Source: a bacterium
GTDB taxonomy: Bacteria > UBA8248
Length of the DNA: 64,000 nucleotides
Assembly: GCA_965221165.1 (NCBI GenBank)
Contig: CBDCRP010000003.1
Coordinates: 1,088,001 to 1,152,000, forward strand
Reading direction: 5' to 3'
Position numbers and translations under genes: made by a program. Of this stretch, positions 60,921 through 64,000 are shown piece after piece. Every line of letters begins with the position of its first letter. The stretch's first letter is position 1. The notes under the pieces were generated by a model that ran no database searches, had not been told where the DNA came from, and worked only from the letters and a program-made list of their open reading frames with translations.

Positions 60921-61059
60921 ATTCAACACCTCGGCGGGCGAATGAACTTCATTTTCAGGGGGCGGTCTGAAATAACACAAGGGCGGTAGGAATCAATAAG
61001 TTACCAGAATTCTCCCGTATCCGCAAAGGAAAAATATCGCATTCCCGGAATCCGGTGCG

Positions 61060-61737
61060 CTAGGCTTCTCCGATCTTATGAACGGCTTCCTTCGCGGCCA
61101 CCTGCTCGGCCGCCTTTTTGGTCGTGCCCTGCCCACATCCCATTACCTTACGACCAAGACGAACCTCGACCTCGAATTCTTTTTCGTGTTCAGGGCCGCT
61201 CTCTCGAACCAGACGATACCCGGGCTGCTTATCTCCATTTTTTTGAGCCAAACGCTGAAGCCGGCTTTTGAAATCCTGCGATAGGACATCTTCCTCATTC
61301 AGGCCCGGAGACCAGAACCATGATTCCGCCCATTGCGCGCAACGCGCATAACCGGCATCGATATATATGGCGCCGACCAACGCCTCGAATGCTCCCGCCT
61401 GGATGGAGGGTTTCTTTCGGCCACCCGTTTTCTCCTCCCCTTTGCCCAAGCGAAGGAATTCCCCCAACCCACGACGCCAAAAAACGTTCGCCAAAGAGCG
61501 CCCGTTCACCCGTTCTGATCGCAGGTGCGTCAAGACACCCTCATCATCCATCGGAAAATCCTTCCAGAGTTTTTCCGTCACGATGAGTTGCAAGACTGCA
61601 TCGCCTAAAAATTCCAGGCGTTCATTGTCTGAAGCGGGAGTCGAGCTTTCTTGAGAAAAAGAGCGATGCGTCAGGGCCTGGACGAGGAGTTCCTTATCTA
61701 AAAACGAATAGCCGATCTGGGTTTCGATTTCATCCAG
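61060..61737 (-). CDS. rnc: Ribonuclease III
   Basis: ALTHRS, NERLEFLGDAVL, FEALVGAIY.D, dsRBD; start inferred at CTG 61737. Confidence 0.93.
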   Translation of the reverse strand: MDEIETQIGYSFLDKELLVQALTHRSFSQESSTPASDNERLEFLGDAVLQLIVTEKLWKDFPMDDEGVLTHLRSERVNGRSLANVFWRRGLGEFLRLGKGEEKTGGRKKPSIQAGAFEALVGAIYIDAGYARCAQWAESWFWSPGLNEEDVLSQDFKSRLQRLAQKNGDKQPGYRLVRESGPEHEKEFEVEVRLGRKVMGCGQGTTKKAAEQVAAKEAVHKIGEA

Positions 61738-61801
61738 GGTGATGCCCCCTGCACCGAAACCAGAGAACTTCCCGTTTCCATTGACGGTGGAACCACTCTT
61801 T

Positions 61802-63079
61802 TTAAGCCGCGTCGTTTTCCGCTTTTTTGAAGAGGAGCGACGCGTTGGTTCCCCCGAAACCGAACGAATTTGTGAGGGCACAGTCGATGTCCGCTTCCCG
61901 GGCAGAATTGGGCACATAGTCGAGATCGCATTCCGGGTCTGGGTTATCCAGATTGATGGTGGGAGGAATGCACTGGTTTTTCAGTGCCAAGATGGTGAAA
62001 ACCGATTCCACGCCTCCCGCCGCGCCCAGAAGATGCCCAGTCATTGATTTTGTGGAACTTACACTGAGTTTGTAGGCATGCTCGCCAAATGTTCTCTTGA
62101 TGGCTGTCGTTTCGAGTTTGTCTCCCGCGCCGGTGGATGTGCCATGCGCGTTGATGTAATCCACATCCTCGGGCGCAAGCCCCGCATCATTCAGCGCCAT
62201 GCCCATGCAGCGGGCCGCCCCGTCACCACCCGGGTCTGGAGAGGTAATGTGGTGGGCGTCGGAAGTCAATCCGTAGCCGCTGAGTTCGGCGTAAATATCC
62301 GCACCTCGCGCTACGGCATGTTCATAACGCTCCAGGATCATGACGCCCGCTCCTTCCGCCATCACGAATCCATCCCTGTCCACATCAAAAGGACGGCTCG
62401 CCCCCTCGGGGTCATCGTTGCGGGTGCTGAGTGCTCGCATCGCGCAAAATCCTGCCATGGCCAACTCCGTGATACACGACTCACTCCCACCGGCCACCAT
62501 GACATCGACCACGCCGCGTTGGATGCACTTCATCGCGTCCCCGATGGCGTGATTCCCGGACGCGCACGCCGTCGTAGTGCAAACGTTCGGTCCTTTTAAT
62601 CCCCAACGCATCGAAACCTGACCGGCGGCCAAATTCCCCAATAACATGGGAATGAAAAAAGGGCTGATGCGTGTCGGGTCTCTGCTGTCCAATATCTTCT
62701 TATTTGCCTCGATGGCAGGCAAACCGCCCAAACCGACACCAATGATGGTGCCGTATCTCGGCGCAAATTCCTTGTCCGGGGCTTCCAGGCCTGCACCATC
62801 GAAGGCCATTTGAGTGGCCGCGATAACGTACTGTATGAAAGTGTCCATTCTCTTGAGTTCTTTGCGGCTAACGTAATTCTCAGGTTCAAAACCTTTTACC
62901 TCACCGCTGATCCGCGACGTCAAGCGATCCGAAGTAAATCGAGACACTTTACTGATACCCGAGCGGCCCTGCATCAAGGCTCCCCAGTTCTCATCCACCG
63001 ACAAGCCCAGCGGCGTAAGCAGCCCGAGTCCCGTAACGACAACACGAACATCCGACCTTAATAAACCTTGACTATCCAT
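61802..63079 (-). CDS. fabF: 3-oxoacyl-ACP synthase II
   Basis: VVVTGLG, TACASG, INAHGTST, STKSMTGH, NSFGFGG. Confidence 0.97.
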   Translation of the reverse strand: MDSQGLLRSDVRVVVTGLGLLTPLGLSVDENWGALMQGRSGISKVSRFTSDRLTSRISGEVKGFEPENYVSRKELKRMDTFIQYVIAATQMAFDGAGLEAPDKEFAPRYGTIIGVGLGGLPAIEANKKILDSRDPTRISPFFIPMLLGNLAAGQVSMRWGLKGPNVCTTTACASGNHAIGDAMKCIQRGVVDVMVAGGSESCITELAMAGFCAMRALSTRNDDPEGASRPFDVDRDGFVMAEGAGVMILERYEHAVARGADIYAELSGYGLTSDAHHITSPDPGGDGAARCMGMALNDAGLAPEDVDYINAHGTSTGAGDKLETTAIKRTFGEHAYKLSVSSTKSMTGHLLGAAGGVESVFTILALKNQCIPPTINLDNPDPECDLDYVPNSAREADIDCALTNSFGFGGTNASLLFKKAENDAA

Positions 63080-63114
63080 GCTTCCTCTTCAATTTGCTGA
63101 CGGACGAGGTTTCG

Positions 63115-63357
63115 TTAATCTCCAGGCACTTTGGAGATATAGTCATACGCATCCTGAACCTTGGAGATTTTCTCCGCTTCTTCATCGGGTATTTCAATAC
63201 CGAATTTCTCCTCAAAAGCCATGACGAGTTCTACGGTATCCAACGAATCTGCTCCCAGATCATCGGTAAATGAAGCTTCCGGAACTACCTTTTCAGGCTC
63301 CACGCTCAACTGCTCAACGATAATCTCTTTTATTTGTTCTTTGATATCATCTGTCAC
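63115..63357 (-). CDS. acpP: Acyl carrier protein
   Basis: [18 protein letters not shown]; GGAGG RBS, GTG start. Confidence 0.97.
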   Translation of the reverse strand: MTDDIKEQIKEIIVEQLSVEPEKVVPEASFTDDLGADSLDTVELVMAFEEKFGIEIPDEEAEKISKVQDAYDYISKVPGD

Positions 63358-63528
63358 GCCAATTCCTCCGAAAATCTTTCTCTCAAACCGGTATTGAGTT
63401 GTCTTTTCGACAAGAACATGGACTCAATACTCTTTTCACATGATCAGGGCATTCATTCCGAATTCCATAAACCTGTTTCCGCTTTTGCACATCCAGACTT
63501 CAACAATCATCATACACAGGCATGAAAT

Positions 63529-64000
63529 TCAGTTGAACTCGCCCAAGGCCGAAGCCGTTTGCTCCAGACTCCGCGTATCTTCCACATTGTGCACTGGTAT
63601 ACCCTTCAATATCCGCTTATTCAATCCTGAGAGCACTCTCCCGGGACCCAATTCGACCATCACATCGGGTTTTTCCTCGCCTGCCGCGCGCACAGCATCC
63701 TCCCAGCGCACGGCGGAGCAAATTTGCCGTTTGAGCAATTCTTTTACTCGTTCTCCCTCCCGCACGGGTTGGGCGGTCACATTCGCATAGACGGGGATCG
63801 AAGGAGCGGCGATATCCACTTCGTCGAGAACTTCACTCATACGCTCCGCCGCTTCGCTCAGCAAAGAACAATGAAAGGGCGCTCCCACCGGAAGCATGAC
63901 AACCTTCCCGACCCCCTTGTCTTTCGCCAAACGCGCGGCGGATTCCACCGCATCCCTGTCTCCCGACAAGACATATTGGCCGGGGGCATTATAATTTGCA
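63529..64000 (-). CDS. fabD: Malonyl-CoA:ACP transacylase, 3' part (truncated by window edge)
   Basis: ANYNAPGQ.V.SG, LPVGAPFHC, Q...AVRW, ELGPG.VL.GL. Confidence 0.93.
   Translation of the reverse strand, partial: ANYNAPGQYVLSGDRDAVESAARLAKDKGVGKVVMLPVGAPFHCSLLSEAAERMSEVLDEVDIAAPSIPVYANVTAQPVREGERVKELLKRQICSAVRWEDAVRAAGEEKPDVMVELGPGRVLSGLNKRILKGIPVHNVEDTRSLEQTASALGEFN

Noticed and set aside
1-64000. tRNA (including tRNA-Sec), rRNA, CRISPR arrays, IS elements, prophage
   Set aside because: Intergenic regions read by eye show none; a covariance-model scan would be needed to exclude small RNAs

Overview
Bacterial chromosome segment from a Gram-negative (LPS-producing) organism. The gene order lnt-prfB-lysS-lolCD-clpC-bamA-skp-lpxD-fabZ-lpxA and rnc-smc-ftsY suggests a Nitrospinota/Nitrospirota/deltaproteobacterial-type lineage, which is inference only. 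Bases ~1-15 kb are an accessory metabolic region: VOC protein, Tat-exported intradiol dioxygenase-like protein, CCG/Fe-S oxidoreductase, TcuA-like flavoprotein, two D-2-hydroxyacid dehydrogenases, aquaporin, ABC and MFS transporters, and an amidohydrolase. Bases ~15-64 kb are housekeeping: dapA, dacA, LPS core/lipid A biosynthesis and export, BAM/Lol, clpC, lysS, prfB, lnt, uvrBC, PBP1A, ftsY, smc, rnc and fab genes. The best hidden signal is an OsmC/Ohr-like gene (4966-5544, minus) that the ORF track splits in two. It has an in-frame UGA at the catalytic Cys position followed by a SECIS-like hairpin, so it is probably a selenoprotein. Other notable points: a plant TIP/AQP8-type aquaporin nearby, the programmed +1 frameshift in prfB, a probable CUG start for rnc, two glycosyltransferase remnants flanking msbA, a gnnA-like gene without gnnB, and no fabG between fabD and acpP. 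No rRNA, tRNA, CRISPR array or transposase was seen. All product calls come from motif recognition by eye, not database searches.
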